Virus record (IMG/VR): IMGVR_UViG_3300029286_000012
DNA: 64,000 nucleotides
DNA from: a virus
Direction: 5' to 3' (one strand)
The notes under the pieces were generated by a model, which did no database searches, had not been told where the DNA came from, and saw only the letters and a program-made list of their open reading frames with translations. Of the stretch, positions 1 to 10,428 are shown one piece after another. Position numbers and translations under genes: made by a program. How positions within the stretch are numbered: position 1 is the first letter of the stretch; each line of letters begins with the position of its first letter.

Positions 1-2
1 CT

Positions 3-221
3 GCACAAGTAAAAGAAATCAAAGAGTACTTTACAAAGATTTATCCTAAAGCAAATAGTGAGGATTTAACAGAATATTCAAAGGCATTTGTGCAAGAGCA
101 GAGAAAGAAAATGCATCTTGCAGAAATATACCCCCATTTAAAAATAGCAGACATAGAAGTACTAAGCCAAACGGTTACAGATGAAGATATCACTCAATAC
201 GAAAAAGACAGAGGCAACTGA
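3..221 (+). CDS. Partial CDS (C-terminus), possibly clamp-loader small subunit (gp62-like)
   Basis: Open frame from window edge: AQVKEIKEYFTKIYP...HLKIADIEVLSQTVTDEDITQYEKDRGN*, TGA at 219-221; product call is weak. Confidence 0.4.
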   Translation, partial: AQVKEIKEYFTKIYPKANSEDLTEYSKAFVQEQRKKMHLAEIYPHLKIADIEVLSQTVTDEDITQYEKDRGN

Positions 222-903
222 TAAGACAATCAAATATGGTTGTGATTTTTGCAATAGAGAGTTCCTACGTGAGTCTACTATGGCTAAACACCTATGCGAA
301 AACAAACAACGTTGGATGAATAAAGATATGCAAGGCAATCGTATTGGCTTTCAATCTTGGCTACAGTTTTATAAAAAGAATACTAGTACTAAAAAGAATA
401 AAACTTATGAGGAGTTCATTCGTAGTGCTTATTATACTGCCTTCGTAAAGTTTGGAACTCATTGTGCAAATATCAATGCCATCAATATTAGCAGATACGT
501 AGATTGGTTGTTAAAAAATAACATCAAAATTGATACGTGGGCAAGTGATAGCGTCTATACAAAGTATCTGATTGAGTATTTGCGTATTGAAGATCCATTA
601 GATGCTATTGCACGTAGTGTCCAAACTACTATGGATTTAGCAGAGAAAGAGGGTATTGTACCTAAAGACTATTTGTGTTACGGTAACCCTAACAAGATAT
701 GCCATAGTATTACCAATGGTAAACTTAGTCCTTGGATGCTATATCAGAGTAATAGTGGCGTGAAGTTCTTAGATGGTTTAAATGAATCACAGGTTAAGAT
801 GGTTATTGACTATATTAATCCAGAACTATGGAAGATTAAATTCAATCGTGAGCCTGAGAATGTGAAACAAGTTAAGGAGTTATTGAATGCAGGCGGGTAC
901 TAG
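181..903 (+). CDS. Hypothetical protein with N-terminal Zn-finger-like motif
   Basis: CDFC-x12-HLC motif; 240 aa. Confidence 0.6.
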   Translation: MKISLNTKKTEATDKTIKYGCDFCNREFLRESTMAKHLCENKQRWMNKDMQGNRIGFQSWLQFYKKNTSTKKNKTYEEFIRSAYYTAFVKFGTHCANINAINISRYVDWLLKNNIKIDTWASDSVYTKYLIEYLRIEDPLDAIARSVQTTMDLAEKEGIVPKDYLCYGNPNKICHSITNGKLSPWMLYQSNSGVKFLDGLNESQVKMVIDYINPELWKIKFNREPENVKQVKELLNAGGY

Positions 904-1081
904 AGTCCGTATACCTTGGAAAAAGGGAGATATTATAGATTGGAATGAAACCTGTGCTTGGGCTATAGAACAGTACGGATTACCGGGAGATAAATTTAGT
1001 ACAGATCCTACCGTAGATTATATGGATTTCTATTTTAAAGATGAGCGTGACGCTGTTCATTTTGAATTAAGATGGGGTTAA
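887..1081 (+). CDS. Small hypothetical protein, 'F-x-LRW' family
   Basis: Ends FYFKDERDAVHFELRWG. Confidence 0.7.
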   Translation: MQAGTRVRIPWKKGDIIDWNETCAWAIEQYGLPGDKFSTDPTVDYMDFYFKDERDAVHFELRWG

Positions 1082-1082
1082 A

Positions 1083-1307
1083 GTGCGTCAAGTAACATTG
1101 TACATTGATGTTAGTAGAACCTTAGAAATAGTTAATGAGTTAAAACGTCACGGTTGGTTCATGGGTAAAGATTTTGATTTTGCTTATCATAAACCAATCT
1201 ATGACAGCTTTAGTGGATCTAATTGGGAACCAGAACTAGAGAAGCATACTGTGTTTACTTTTTACAATGATGTTAATGCAAGTTATTTTATGTTGAGGTG
1301 GGGATGA
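1083..1307 (+). CDS. Small hypothetical protein, 'F-x-LRW' family
   Basis: GTG start; ends FTFYNDVNASYFMLRWG. Confidence 0.7.
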   Translation: MRQVTLYIDVSRTLEIVNELKRHGWFMGKDFDFAYHKPIYDSFSGSNWEPELEKHTVFTFYNDVNASYFMLRWG

Positions 1308-1540
1308 TAATTGAACATTATGACTATGCTGTCGGATGGGAAAACACCAAACCCGGTTGGTATGAATGCACAGTTCGTGCCAAACGTTTTGACAAAATTA
1401 ATGAAATAATTAAATGGTTAGAAACTAATATAGGCAAATATGAAAGGCATTGTAGATGGGGTGTAACTGATGATGACACTATTAGCTTCAAGTTTAGATA
1501 TGAGAGAGATTACATTTTATTCACATTGAGGTGGAGTTGA
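1304..1540 (+). CDS. Small hypothetical protein, 'F-x-LRW' family
   Basis: ATGA overlap at 1304; ends FKFRYERDYILFTLRWS. Confidence 0.7.
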   Translation: MIIEHYDYAVGWENTKPGWYECTVRAKRFDKINEIIKWLETNIGKYERHCRWGVTDDDTISFKFRYERDYILFTLRWS

Positions 1541-1806
1541 TGGTATCAATACCTCACATACAGGACTACGATGACGATGATCCAAATATAAACCAACGTA
1601 GAAATCGTTGGAACTATTGGGAAGCATTGAAGAAAGTGCGTAAAGAATATATGGAACAAAACCGTGAGTTTGACGCATATGATTTTGAAGATTATCTTAT
1701 AGGAAAGTATGGTGTAAAGATGAATATAGTCAATGGCAACATAACAGATGGTTATGAGATTGTTGACGAAAAGAAGTACCTAATATTTTTATTAAAATTC
1801 CAATGA
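1540..1806 (+). CDS. Small hypothetical protein, divergent member of same family
   Basis: TGATG overlap at 1538-1542; ends DEKKYLIFLLKFQ. Confidence 0.65.
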   Translation: MVSIPHIQDYDDDDPNINQRRNRWNYWEALKKVRKEYMEQNREFDAYDFEDYLIGKYGVKMNIVNGNITDGYEIVDEKKYLIFLLKFQ

Positions 1807-2153
1807 ACAATACACCCTTTCCCATAACAGCTTTACAAGATAATAAATTTATGTTATCATGGCCTAAATGGCAGAACATTAAACACTTTCACACAAAGAA
1901 AAAACTATTGGATGTGTTGTTTGACTATATAGGCAGTGAAGAAGTAGGTATTAGCATATCAATTGTAAAAGACGAATTAGATATTATGTGGATTACATGG
2001 AACACTTGGGCACAAGATGTTAACGGTGACTATGCTACCTACTTAGAAGATATGTATGAGATTAAAGGTGTAGCATTCAATAGCGAGACAGAAGCATTGA
2101 AGCTACAAGATTACTTAGAGAAGAAATATATTTGGAAAACATTACAGGCATAA
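1803..2153 (+). CDS. Hypothetical protein
   Basis: ATGA overlap, 116 aa. Confidence 0.6.
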   Translation: MNNTPFPITALQDNKFMLSWPKWQNIKHFHTKKKLLDVLFDYIGSEEVGISISIVKDELDIMWITWNTWAQDVNGDYATYLEDMYEIKGVAFNSETEALKLQDYLEKKYIWKTLQA

Positions 2154-2154
2154 T

Positions 2155-2709
2155 ATGGCACAGGATATAATGATTGATATGGAAACACTTGACACAAGTC
2201 CTAATTGTGTTATATTAACCATTGGTGCAGTAAGATTCGATCCTAAAGGTAGTGGGGTTGTTGAAAGATTAGAGTTGCGACCTACAATTGAAGAACAGAC
2301 AGAAATATACAATAGGAGTATCAATGAAGATACATTACGTTGGTGGAGTGAGCAAAGTCCTGAAGCACTTGAAGAGGCTATGGGAGAAAATGGCAGAATT
2401 CCATTTAGAGAGTGTATGGAAATACTTTATAAGTTTTGTTGGAATCGCCGTGCTGTTTGGAGCAATGGTGCATCATTCGATGTGGTTGTGGCAGAGTCGG
2501 CCTGGAGAAATCTCGAAATGCGAATCCCCTGGCCTTTCTACACCGTCAGAGATACACGTACCTTGTATGAGATAACCGGAGTAAGTCTTAAAGACGGCGG
2601 TCACGTAACCAGTCACAAGGCAGTTGAAGATGCCGAAAGACAAGCTATTGTTGTGCAAAAAGCGTATACTAAATTAATTAAAGCAGAACTGGTACCTCTC
2701 CCAAGATGA
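2155..2709 (+). CDS. DEDDh 3'-5' exonuclease (DexA/Rv2179c-like)
   Basis: Exo I IDMET, Exo II WSNGASFD, Exo III HKAVEDA. Confidence 0.85.
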   Translation: MAQDIMIDMETLDTSPNCVILTIGAVRFDPKGSGVVERLELRPTIEEQTEIYNRSINEDTLRWWSEQSPEALEEAMGENGRIPFRECMEILYKFCWNRRAVWSNGASFDVVVAESAWRNLEMRIPWPFYTVRDTRTLYEITGVSLKDGGHVTSHKAVEDAERQAIVVQKAYTKLIKAELVPLPR

Positions 2710-3278
2710 GAATTGATTCAGACATTGACATTGACTTTGGGTCAAGAGATGATTTGTTAAAGTTAATACGTCATACCCCGGCGGCAATGCGTAATGCTAA
2801 ACCTATGCGTAAACATGCTACTGGTGTATATGTTACTGACATACCATATGATCCAGTCAATGATATGGCAGCTATTGACTATGTTCAAGCAGAACAACGA
2901 GGGTATTTCAAACTAGATTTATTGAATGTTCACGTTTATTCTCATGTTCGTGATGAGCTACATTTAGCAACATTGATGCGTGAGCCTAATTGGGATAACT
3001 TAAATAAAAGAGAATTTGTAGAGAAATTGATTCACTTGGGGAATCATTATCAATCATTGCAGAAGATGCCAAGTTCAGTAAATAGCATTCCCAGACTAGC
3101 AATGTTTTTGGCACTAATTAGACCAGCTAAACGACATTTAATAGGGCAACAATGGTCTGAAATATCAAAGACTATTTGGGATACAAATACTGATGGGTAC
3201 AGTTTTAAAAAGAGTCATGCAATCGCATATGCACATTTAGTAGTGGTCCATATGAATTTACTAGAAGAACAGACTTAA
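2706..3278 (+). CDS. dnaE: DNA polymerase III alpha-like, catalytic half of a split minimal DnaE
   Basis: DIDIDF, KHATGV, FKLDLL, GYSFKKSHAIAYA motifs in 190 aa. Confidence 0.85.
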   Translation: MRIDSDIDIDFGSRDDLLKLIRHTPAAMRNAKPMRKHATGVYVTDIPYDPVNDMAAIDYVQAEQRGYFKLDLLNVHVYSHVRDELHLATLMREPNWDNLNKREFVEKLIHLGNHYQSLQKMPSSVNSIPRLAMFLALIRPAKRHLIGQQWSEISKTIWDTNTDGYSFKKSHAIAYAHLVVVHMNLLEEQT

Positions 3279-3655
3279 ACTATTCTTTTTACTAGTGTAA
3301 TACTACGGCGTTTGCTTCTGCGCTTACTCAATTCAGACATACTACACAAGGGGCCGTGTATTACTGTTAAACTTTTGTTATTAAAAGTTCTGAGATATGG
3401 TTTAAATATAATCCATTCTTCTTTTAAAAAGAGGTTGATTGGGATAAGTCTATTACTTTCCCACCACCAAATATCACCTAGTTCTAAGAATTTTTCTCTA
3501 ACAGTAGACTCTATTATAGACCCATAATCGTAAATAGTGGTGACTATATCATCACGGTTCTGAACTATTCCAACGTAGTCTTGGTTGGCATATGAACATA
3601 TAGTTATGAACGGATGATTTGTTGTTAGTTTATTAAAAAATTCGTTTGATATCAT
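3275..3655 (-). CDS. Hypothetical protein
   Basis: ORF 3275..3700; likely start MISNEFF at 3655, downstream of minus-strand GATAAATA. Confidence 0.65.
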   Translation of the reverse strand: MISNEFFNKLTTNHPFITICSYANQDYVGIVQNRDDIVTTIYDYGSIIESTVREKFLELGDIWWWESNRLIPINLFLKEEWIIFKPYLRTFNNKSLTVIHGPLCSMSELSKRRSKRRSITLVKRIV

Positions 3656-3721
3656 TGTTGTTATATTGACCGAAATATTTATCATCGGGTAGCTTGGCAA
3701 TATATTTTGATAAATATCATT

Positions 3722-4489
3722 ATGTACTCAACTCAAGTTTTCGTCTATACACAAAGACAAATCGTTATACTTTTATCAGGATTTTCCCCAAGGAGCTATA
3801 TGCCTCAGTATGCCAAGCCACTTACACTTAATAAGGGTGTAGACAATCAAATTCAATTTCAGTTCTTAAACCAAGAACAAAAACCCGTAGATATTACAGG
3901 TAAATCAATAGTTTGTAGGATTATTAATTATGAAGGTAATGTGGTCCTATTACAAAAAGCATTAACTCTACAATTACCTGCAACTGGTATTGCCGCATTG
4001 CTTTTAAATTCTGCTGATTTAGCAAGTCTTGATGCACAGAAATGTTATTATTCATTGGAGATTCCTGTAGGAGAATTTGATTACCCTGTGTTTGTAGACC
4101 AAAATGCAGGAGCACGTGGTGATATGAATATCGTTAATAGTGTATTACCAAGCTTTGTTCCTTCAATGCCAGTAAGTATTCCGACTGGACAAGACTTCCC
4201 TAACTTACACCCTGATGGTAACGGTGAAAGCAACATCACATATTACACTAGCGTAATTGATACCAACGACAGTCCAATATTAACACTACAAGCACAATAT
4301 AGTGATTTTTATGGCAACGTTGTTGTTGAAGGTTCTACGATTGTAGATGGTGATTGGTATCCTATATTAACCGATACTTATACGGCTGCAACCGATACAA
4401 AAGGTTATGTTGTTCAGGGTTATCATCCATATGTTAGAATGCAATTTGAAAGCAATAACGGTGCAGTAACCAATATTTTGTCAAGATAA
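3722..4489 (+). CDS. Putative virion structural protein (beta-rich)
   Basis: TAAATA 5 nt before ATG 3722; beta-strand-rich sequence. Confidence 0.55.
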   Translation: MYSTQVFVYTQRQIVILLSGFSPRSYMPQYAKPLTLNKGVDNQIQFQFLNQEQKPVDITGKSIVCRIINYEGNVVLLQKALTLQLPATGIAALLLNSADLASLDAQKCYYSLEIPVGEFDYPVFVDQNAGARGDMNIVNSVLPSFVPSMPVSIPTGQDFPNLHPDGNGESNITYYTSVIDTNDSPILTLQAQYSDFYGNVVVEGSTIVDGDWYPILTDTYTAATDTKGYVVQGYHPYVRMQFESNNGAVTNILSR

Positions 4490-4502
4490 TCAACCTAAAG
4501 TA

Positions 4503-4531
4503 TTGTTTATCTATGACAGTTGTGTTATACT
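4503..4531 (+). promoter_or_regulatory. Sigma70-type promoter for primase (extended -10), probably leaderless
   Basis: TTGTTT-N17-TATACT with TG before -10; ATG 6 nt downstream. Confidence 0.55.
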
Positions 4532-4537
4532 ACATAG

Positions 4538-5518
4538 ATGTTTGATATCCTATCAGTAATTCCCGGAAAGAAAAAACTCACGCATGGTGGATGGCATAGT
4601 TTTAATGCTATCTGTTGTAGCCGTCGTGGGCATAAAACTGATACACGTGGGCGTGGTGGTATTAAATTTGATGGGCAATTCAATTGGTCATATCATTGCT
4701 TTAACTGTGGGTTTAAGTGTGGATTTATGTTGGGTAAAAGTATTACTCAAAATACTAAAAATATATTATTGTGGTCAGGTATTCAACCTGAACAAATTAG
4801 TAAATGGAGTTTAGAAAGTTTACAGCATAAAGATTTACTAGACTTTACTAATCTTAAAAAACAAAAATCAAAAATAAAATTTAAAGAACATACGTTGCCT
4901 GTAGGCGAATTAATTGATATTAAAAACACATTACACAAAGTATACATTGATTATCTATCTGCGAGGTCGATAAATTATAATGACTACCCGTTCTTAGTTA
5001 CACCTAATGATACTGGCAGACAGTCAAACAGAATTATTATCCCTTATACTTACAAGAATAAAATTGTAGGTCATACGAGCAGATTCTTAGATAACAAAAT
5101 CCCAAAGTATATTAACGAGCAACAACCAGGCTATGTATTTGGTTATGACTTTCAGAAACCCGATTGGGAAGTATGTTTGTTAGTTGAAGGTATCTTTGAC
5201 GCATTAAGCTTAAATGCTTGTGCGTTAACACATAATACAATCAATGACGACCAAGCACAGATTCTAGCACAACTTAATAAACGTATTATCTTTATTCCCG
5301 ATAGAGATGCGACAGGTTTAGAAACGTGTGATAGAGCATTAGAGCTAGGTTATAGTGTAAGTATTCCCAACTGGGATGACAGTGTTAAAGATGTAAATGA
5401 CGCGGTAGTTAAGTATGGTAAGTTGCCTACATTACTCAGTATATTGAGTAGTGCGACAACTAGTAAAATCAAAATAGAACTACAGAGGAAGAAAATTGAA
5501 AAAAGATTACGAAAATAA
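4538..5518 (+). CDS. DNA primase (gp61-like)
   Basis: Zn-ribbon (CC...YHCFNCG), TOPRIM motifs VEGIFDA, PDRD, KDVND. Confidence 0.9.
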   Translation: MFDILSVIPGKKKLTHGGWHSFNAICCSRRGHKTDTRGRGGIKFDGQFNWSYHCFNCGFKCGFMLGKSITQNTKNILLWSGIQPEQISKWSLESLQHKDLLDFTNLKKQKSKIKFKEHTLPVGELIDIKNTLHKVYIDYLSARSINYNDYPFLVTPNDTGRQSNRIIIPYTYKNKIVGHTSRFLDNKIPKYINEQQPGYVFGYDFQKPDWEVCLLVEGIFDALSLNACALTHNTINDDQAQILAQLNKRIIFIPDRDATGLETCDRALELGYSVSIPNWDDSVKDVNDAVVKYGKLPTLLSILSSATTSKIKIELQRKKIEKRLRK

Positions 5519-6938
5519 AAAAGATTACGGTATTGAGATGCAAAAGATATTTTTGCGTGTAATGATTACTGAGGCAGAACTCTACACTAGAGTTATGAAC
5601 ATATTAAACAGCGAAAACTTTGATAGGTCATTAAGACCTATCGTAAATCTATACAAAGAACATACTACAAAATATAGTATCTTACCCGATCCGACACAGA
5701 TTAAAGCTATTACTGGACAAGATATTGATATCATCCCTAACTTTAGTCCCAATCAATTTAATTGGTTCTTAGATGAGTTTGAAGCATTTACTAAACGACA
5801 AGAGTTGGAACGAGCTATTCTTAAAGCTGCCGATTTACTTGAGAAGGATGACTTTGGTCCAGTTGAAAAACTAATCAAAGACGCAGTTCAAATCAGTTTA
5901 CAAAAAGATATGGGAACTGATTACTTCTATGACCCGGCGGCACGTATCAACAAATACTTTAACAATGGTGGGCAAGTAAGTACAGGCTGGCCACAAATGG
6001 ATCGTATCTTATACGGTGGATTCAGTAGGGGTGAACTTAATATCTTTGCAGGTGGTTCAGGTTCAGGTAAGAGTCTTGTTATGATGAATATTGCATTGAA
6101 CTGGTTGCAACAAGGGATGAGCGGGGTGTACATTACATTAGAACTTAGTGAAGAACTAACATCATTAAGAACAGATGCTATGTTGACTATGATGGGTACA
6201 AAAGCAATTCGTAAAGATATTGATACCACTAGTCTTAAAGTTAAGATGGTTGGTAAGAAGTCAGGACAGTATCGTGTTAAAGGATTGCCTGCACAAAGTA
6301 ATGTGAATGATATTCGTGCTTACTTAAAAGAAGTGCAAATTCAAACAGGTATTAAGATTAACTTTGTGATGGTTGACTACTTAGACTTGGTTATGCCCGT
6401 CTCTGTTAAAGTTAATCCTAACGACCAGTTTATCAAAGACAAGTATGTTGCCGAAGAACTACGTAATCTTGCAAAAGAGCTAGGTATACTGATGGTGACT
6501 GCATCGCAGTTGAATCGTAGTGCTGTTGATGAGATTGAGTTTGACCACAGTCACATTGCTGGTGGTATCAGTAAGATTAACACAGCGGATAATGTGTTTG
6601 GTATCTTTACAAGTCGCAGTATGCGTGAGCGTGGTAAGTATCAAATTCAATGTATGAAAAGTCGTAGTAGTACTGGTGTAGGACAAAAGATTGACTTAGA
6701 CTATGATATTGAAACTATGCGTATTAGTGACAGTGACCCTGATAATCAGACTAGTTATACTCCTAAGCCCAGTGCTAATGATATTATGAGTCAACTTAAA
6801 CCGCAAAGTACGTTACAGTCAACTGAACCTATCATAGACCAGGCTACGGGAGAGATACTAGAGCCAGAAAATAAGCGTATTATAGCAGATGTTCAGGGTT
6901 CTAAGCTCAAGGCAATGTTAAACAGTTTAAAGAAATAA
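5496..6938 (+). CDS. Replicative DnaB-family helicase (gp41-like)
   Basis: Walker A GGSGSGKS, Walker B MVDYLD, TASQLNR, KSR. Confidence 0.92.
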   Translation: MKKDYENKKDYGIEMQKIFLRVMITEAELYTRVMNILNSENFDRSLRPIVNLYKEHTTKYSILPDPTQIKAITGQDIDIIPNFSPNQFNWFLDEFEAFTKRQELERAILKAADLLEKDDFGPVEKLIKDAVQISLQKDMGTDYFYDPAARINKYFNNGGQVSTGWPQMDRILYGGFSRGELNIFAGGSGSGKSLVMMNIALNWLQQGMSGVYITLELSEELTSLRTDAMLTMMGTKAIRKDIDTTSLKVKMVGKKSGQYRVKGLPAQSNVNDIRAYLKEVQIQTGIKINFVMVDYLDLVMPVSVKVNPNDQFIKDKYVAEELRNLAKELGILMVTASQLNRSAVDEIEFDHSHIAGGISKINTADNVFGIFTSRSMRERGKYQIQCMKSRSSTGVGQKIDLDYDIETMRISDSDPDNQTSYTPKPSANDIMSQLKPQSTLQSTEPIIDQATGEILEPENKRIIADVQGSKLKAMLNSLKK

Positions 6939-6973
6939 ACCTAAAAGTAGATAAATACTATTAGGAAACTAAT

Positions 6974-7222
6974 ATGCAAAAACAAACTCGCAGTCTCTTA
7001 GAAGAACTAGAAGCAATTGGTAACAATAGGGACACGACACACATTATTGAGAGTCGTGGCCACAATATTATTACCAGTGCTATCAATCTAATAGAGATGA
7101 TTAATCGTAATTATAGTCCAGAGCAAGCCGCTATTTTAGAGCGTAAACTGTTAGGTGCTATAAAGAGCAAGGATCAAGCAAAGTTTTCCAAATCATTAAG
7201 GAAAAACCGTGAAGCTGAATGA
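6974..7222 (+). CDS. Hypothetical late protein
   Basis: Preceded by GATAAATA (6950-6957) and AGGA RBS. Confidence 0.65.
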   Translation: MQKQTRSLLEELEAIGNNRDTTHIIESRGHNIITSAINLIEMINRNYSPEQAAILERKLLGAIKSKDQAKFSKSLRKNREAE

Positions 7223-8750
7223 ATTTAAGAAACCTGTAGTAAATGAAATAGATAGTAGAAGTTTATTTGGTGATTATGGTTCTGCCGCATTAAGGACAGG
7301 ACTAGGATCATTGGCCGGTAAAAATGTATTAAGCACCACTGACCAAATGGCTAAAGATGATTATATTACAAAATTCACAAGTCGTGCCCTTAGCGGATTA
7401 CAAAGTGCGATTAATGGCGGGTTAGTTGATCCTAATGCCGCAGGTCAAGGTGCTCAGACTACTGGACAAACTACTCCGCAAACAACTCAAACTACTCCAC
7501 AGACAACTCAAACTACACAACAAGACGAACTACCTAGTGCGGCTGATGCTATCGCACAAAAACGTATAGCCGCACAAAAAGCACAAGCAGATGCTATCAG
7601 AGAACCAGGAGCTTCTGAAGGTCCTAAGTATAATATTGATCCTAACAAACAAATGTCACCGTATAGCAAATTACCTGCTACCACACCAAAGACACCTGAA
7701 CAGATTAGACAAGAAAAACTTGCTGCCGCAACTCAAGCCGCACAAGGTCAGATGACAACAAAGGCACCGGCTGTAGCAGTAGATACACCAAAGACACCTG
7801 AACAGATTAGACAAGAAAAACTTGCTGCCGCAACTCAAGCCGCACAAGGTCAGATGAATCCTATGAACAAGTTACCGGCAGATCAGTTTGCCAAGAGTGC
7901 TGCCAATGTAAGACAACAACAGCAAAATGTTGCTACTCAAAATGCACAAGGTGAAATGTTACCAGTAAGTACATTACCCACAGACCAGTTTAACAAAAGT
8001 GCGACTAATGTAAGACAGAGAAAGCAATCAACTGCCAAAAAATCTGTTAAAAAATATAAGGACAATACTATTACGATGCCTAAGCGTAATGTAAAACCTA
8101 GAAATGCAGGTAAAAATGCATTTGGGCAGATAGCACAGAACTTAGGTAAGGTTGCTGAAGGTAGTCGTTTTGATAAGCTAAACTATATCTTTGAAACTAT
8201 TTTAGCTGAACAAGATCCTGCACAAAGCGGAACAAAACAAACTATCAGCCAATATATTACTAACTTCTTCAAACAGTTTATGAAGAATGTGGATATCAGT
8301 GATCCTACTGTAACGACTAATGTAGCATCATTGGCTAAAGAGTTAGAACAAACCTATGCAAAAGATAAAGGTAGAACAACTTTACCCAAGTTAGCTAACT
8401 TGGCATATTCTGTGAGTCATGCACAGCAGTTAAAAGATCCTGAAGCGGAACAAACTACAAAGCCTGCACTACCAACACCATCAACATCCACAACCACACC
8501 ACAAAATACTACTACTCAATCTACACAAGCTTCAACACAACAAGCTAAAATGACTGTTGCACAAATCACTAAGTTGATGCAAGGTTTATCTACTAGACAA
8601 AAACAATCTATATTGAAAAGCTTACAAAATGAGGTAGGCAAAACTTCACAACCTACTATTTCTGTCGGCAAACAAAAGAACAATAAAAAAACAGTTGACC
8701 CTTCAGATGCAAGATTGTTAGCTGTAGCAAAACAACAAGGTAAGATTTAA
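7209..8750 (+). CDS. Low-complexity Q/T/A-rich protein with internal repeats, putative internal head protein
   Basis: N-terminus MKLNEF...VNE; duplicated TPKTPEQIRQEKLAAATQAAQGQM. Confidence 0.6.
   Translation: MKLNEFKKPVVNEIDSRSLFGDYGSAALRTGLGSLAGKNVLSTTDQMAKDDYITKFTSRALSGLQSAINGGLVDPNAAGQGAQTTGQTTPQTTQTTPQTTQTTQQDELPSAADAIAQKRIAAQKAQADAIREPGASEGPKYNIDPNKQMSPYSKLPATTPKTPEQIRQEKLAAATQAAQGQMTTKAPAVAVDTPKTPEQIRQEKLAAATQAAQGQMNPMNKLPADQFAKSAANVRQQQQNVATQNAQGEMLPVSTLPTDQFNKSATNVRQRKQSTAKKSVKKYKDNTITMPKRNVKPRNAGKNAFGQIAQNLGKVAEGSRFDKLNYIFETILAEQDPAQSGTKQTISQYITNFFKQFMKNVDISDPTVTTNVASLAKELEQTYAKDKGRTTLPKLANLAYSVSHAQQLKDPEAEQTTKPALPTPSTSTTTPQNTTTQSTQASTQQAKMTVAQITKLMQGLSTRQKQSILKSLQNEVGKTSQPTISVGKQKNNKKTVDPSDARLLAVAKQQGKI
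7683..7857 (+). repeat. 73-bp perfect in-frame direct repeat (7683-7755 / 7785-7857)
   Basis: Identical copies 102 bp apart. Confidence 0.9.
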
Positions 8751-9905
8751 ATGAATCTATCCGAATCATTAGCTTATCTTAGAAATAAAGTAGATAGTAT
8801 TAACACTATCATTACAGAAGATAAAGGTCACTTGGATCACCCTGAAGATTTAATTTTCTTACGTGGTACACAAGGTGCCAATCAAGCTATACAAGCAATG
8901 GCTGATACTGTAGCTAAGCCTGAAAAGGTAACAATTAAATGGGACGGATATCCTGCATTAATTTTTGGACGTAATAGTAACGGGAAGTTTACTATATTAG
9001 ACAAGCATATGTTCAACAAGAAAGATGGTACTGGTCGTCAAGTATTCAGCCCAGAGCAGTTTGCACAATATGATATGGCACGTGGTGTAAATCGTTCAGA
9101 CTTACATCAATTAATTGCACAAATATGGCCTGGACTATCAAAAGCAGATAAAAGTAAGGGCTATTATTGGGGTGATTTATTGTTTAGTAAACCATTAGTA
9201 GAAAAGAACGGGCTATACACATTCAAAGCAAATCCTAAAGGTATTACATATACAGTAGATGCAAACAGTGATTTAGGTAAATTTTTAGATGGTAAAAATT
9301 CAGGGATAGTTGTGCATGGATATATTCCACCGGATGCATTAACAACCGATCAATCAACACCGTTAGATGGTACTATTGGCAATCTTAAGAATAATAGTGA
9401 TGTAGCTATATTACCTGCTAAAATGCCGATCACACCTAATTTGAAATTAAATTCAGCATTGTTTAAAAAAGCACAAGCATCTATACAAAAATATGGTCAG
9501 GCAGTAGAACAGTTAATGAGTACTGCACCTCAGGCAAGAAATACGTTTAATCAGTTATTCACTACTTACATTAATAAGCGTATTGTAGCCGGAGACTTGA
9601 ACGATTTATATGCAGGATTTATTGAATATGTTCAATCAAGACCAATGACTGATAAAATGCGTGAGAAAATAAGTCAACATTTAGAAGCCAATAAAGCAGG
9701 ATTGGTAGGTGCATTTACTATCTGGGTAGCTATATACAACCTCAAAATGAACATTGTAGACCAGCTTAATAAAGCCGCAAAAACAGCCCCTGTAAAAGGT
9801 TATTTAGATGATGGTACACAAACTCAAGAGGGTTTCGTGAGTCACGGTCTTAAATTTGTGGATAGAATGGGCTTTAGTCGTCAGAATTTGGCTGGAAGAC
9901 AATAG
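8751..9905 (+). CDS. DUF6267-like protein, ligase-type nucleotidyltransferase motif
   Basis: HLDHPED, TIKWDGYPA (KxDG), EGFV, LKFVDR. Confidence 0.65.
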   Translation: MNLSESLAYLRNKVDSINTIITEDKGHLDHPEDLIFLRGTQGANQAIQAMADTVAKPEKVTIKWDGYPALIFGRNSNGKFTILDKHMFNKKDGTGRQVFSPEQFAQYDMARGVNRSDLHQLIAQIWPGLSKADKSKGYYWGDLLFSKPLVEKNGLYTFKANPKGITYTVDANSDLGKFLDGKNSGIVVHGYIPPDALTTDQSTPLDGTIGNLKNNSDVAILPAKMPITPNLKLNSALFKKAQASIQKYGQAVEQLMSTAPQARNTFNQLFTTYINKRIVAGDLNDLYAGFIEYVQSRPMTDKMREKISQHLEANKAGLVGAFTIWVAIYNLKMNIVDQLNKAAKTAPVKGYLDDGTQTQEGFVSHGLKFVDRMGFSRQNLAGRQ

Positions 9906-9985
9906 CCAAAACCGACTTTTTTTATTGCCTGGCATAAATAATAGTATGAATCTATATGATTCAAACTTTTTAAAGGAATTTTATT

Positions 9986-10408
9986 ATGGCAGGTTTTACA
10001 AGAACACACGGCGATGCACAACCAGTATTCGCAATTGACGTACAAAATGGTCCAGTAGCTCCAGACACGGCAGCTAACGGCACGACTACTAACTTATATG
10101 GTCCAGCGTTAGACTTCTTCGGTTTTGACTTAGGCGCCGCTCCTACAACACAACTTGGTGTTGATGAAATGGTTGCACAAGTTATGGTTTCTATTGAGCA
10201 ATTAGCTACAGTTGCAATCTATGCAGTTCAAGCTACAACAAGTACAACTAATATGTCTGTTGCTGTTTATCCAGTTGGCGCATATACAGCGGCTGCACTA
10301 CAAGCACAAGTTCGTGCTTTAGGCACAGTTAATGGTTATGACCTAAGCGGTGCTGTTGTAACAAACGTTGGTTTCCGTTTAGCTTCTACAGCTACAAGCG
10401 CAAGCTAA
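9986..10408 (+). CDS. Putative virion structural/decoration protein
   Basis: A/T/V-rich, AAGGA RBS, TAAATA upstream, terminator downstream. Confidence 0.6.
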   Translation: MAGFTRTHGDAQPVFAIDVQNGPVAPDTAANGTTTNLYGPALDFFGFDLGAAPTTQLGVDEMVAQVMVSIEQLATVAIYAVQATTSTTNMSVAVYPVGAYTAAALQAQVRALGTVNGYDLSGAVVTNVGFRLASTATSAS

Positions 10409-10428
10409 TCAGAAGTTTAACTTCAAAG

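Noticed and set aside
2706-3278. dnaE pseudogene or split-intein interpretation
   Set aside because: Both halves are uninterrupted with motifs intact and complementary ends; no intein N- or C-terminal signatures
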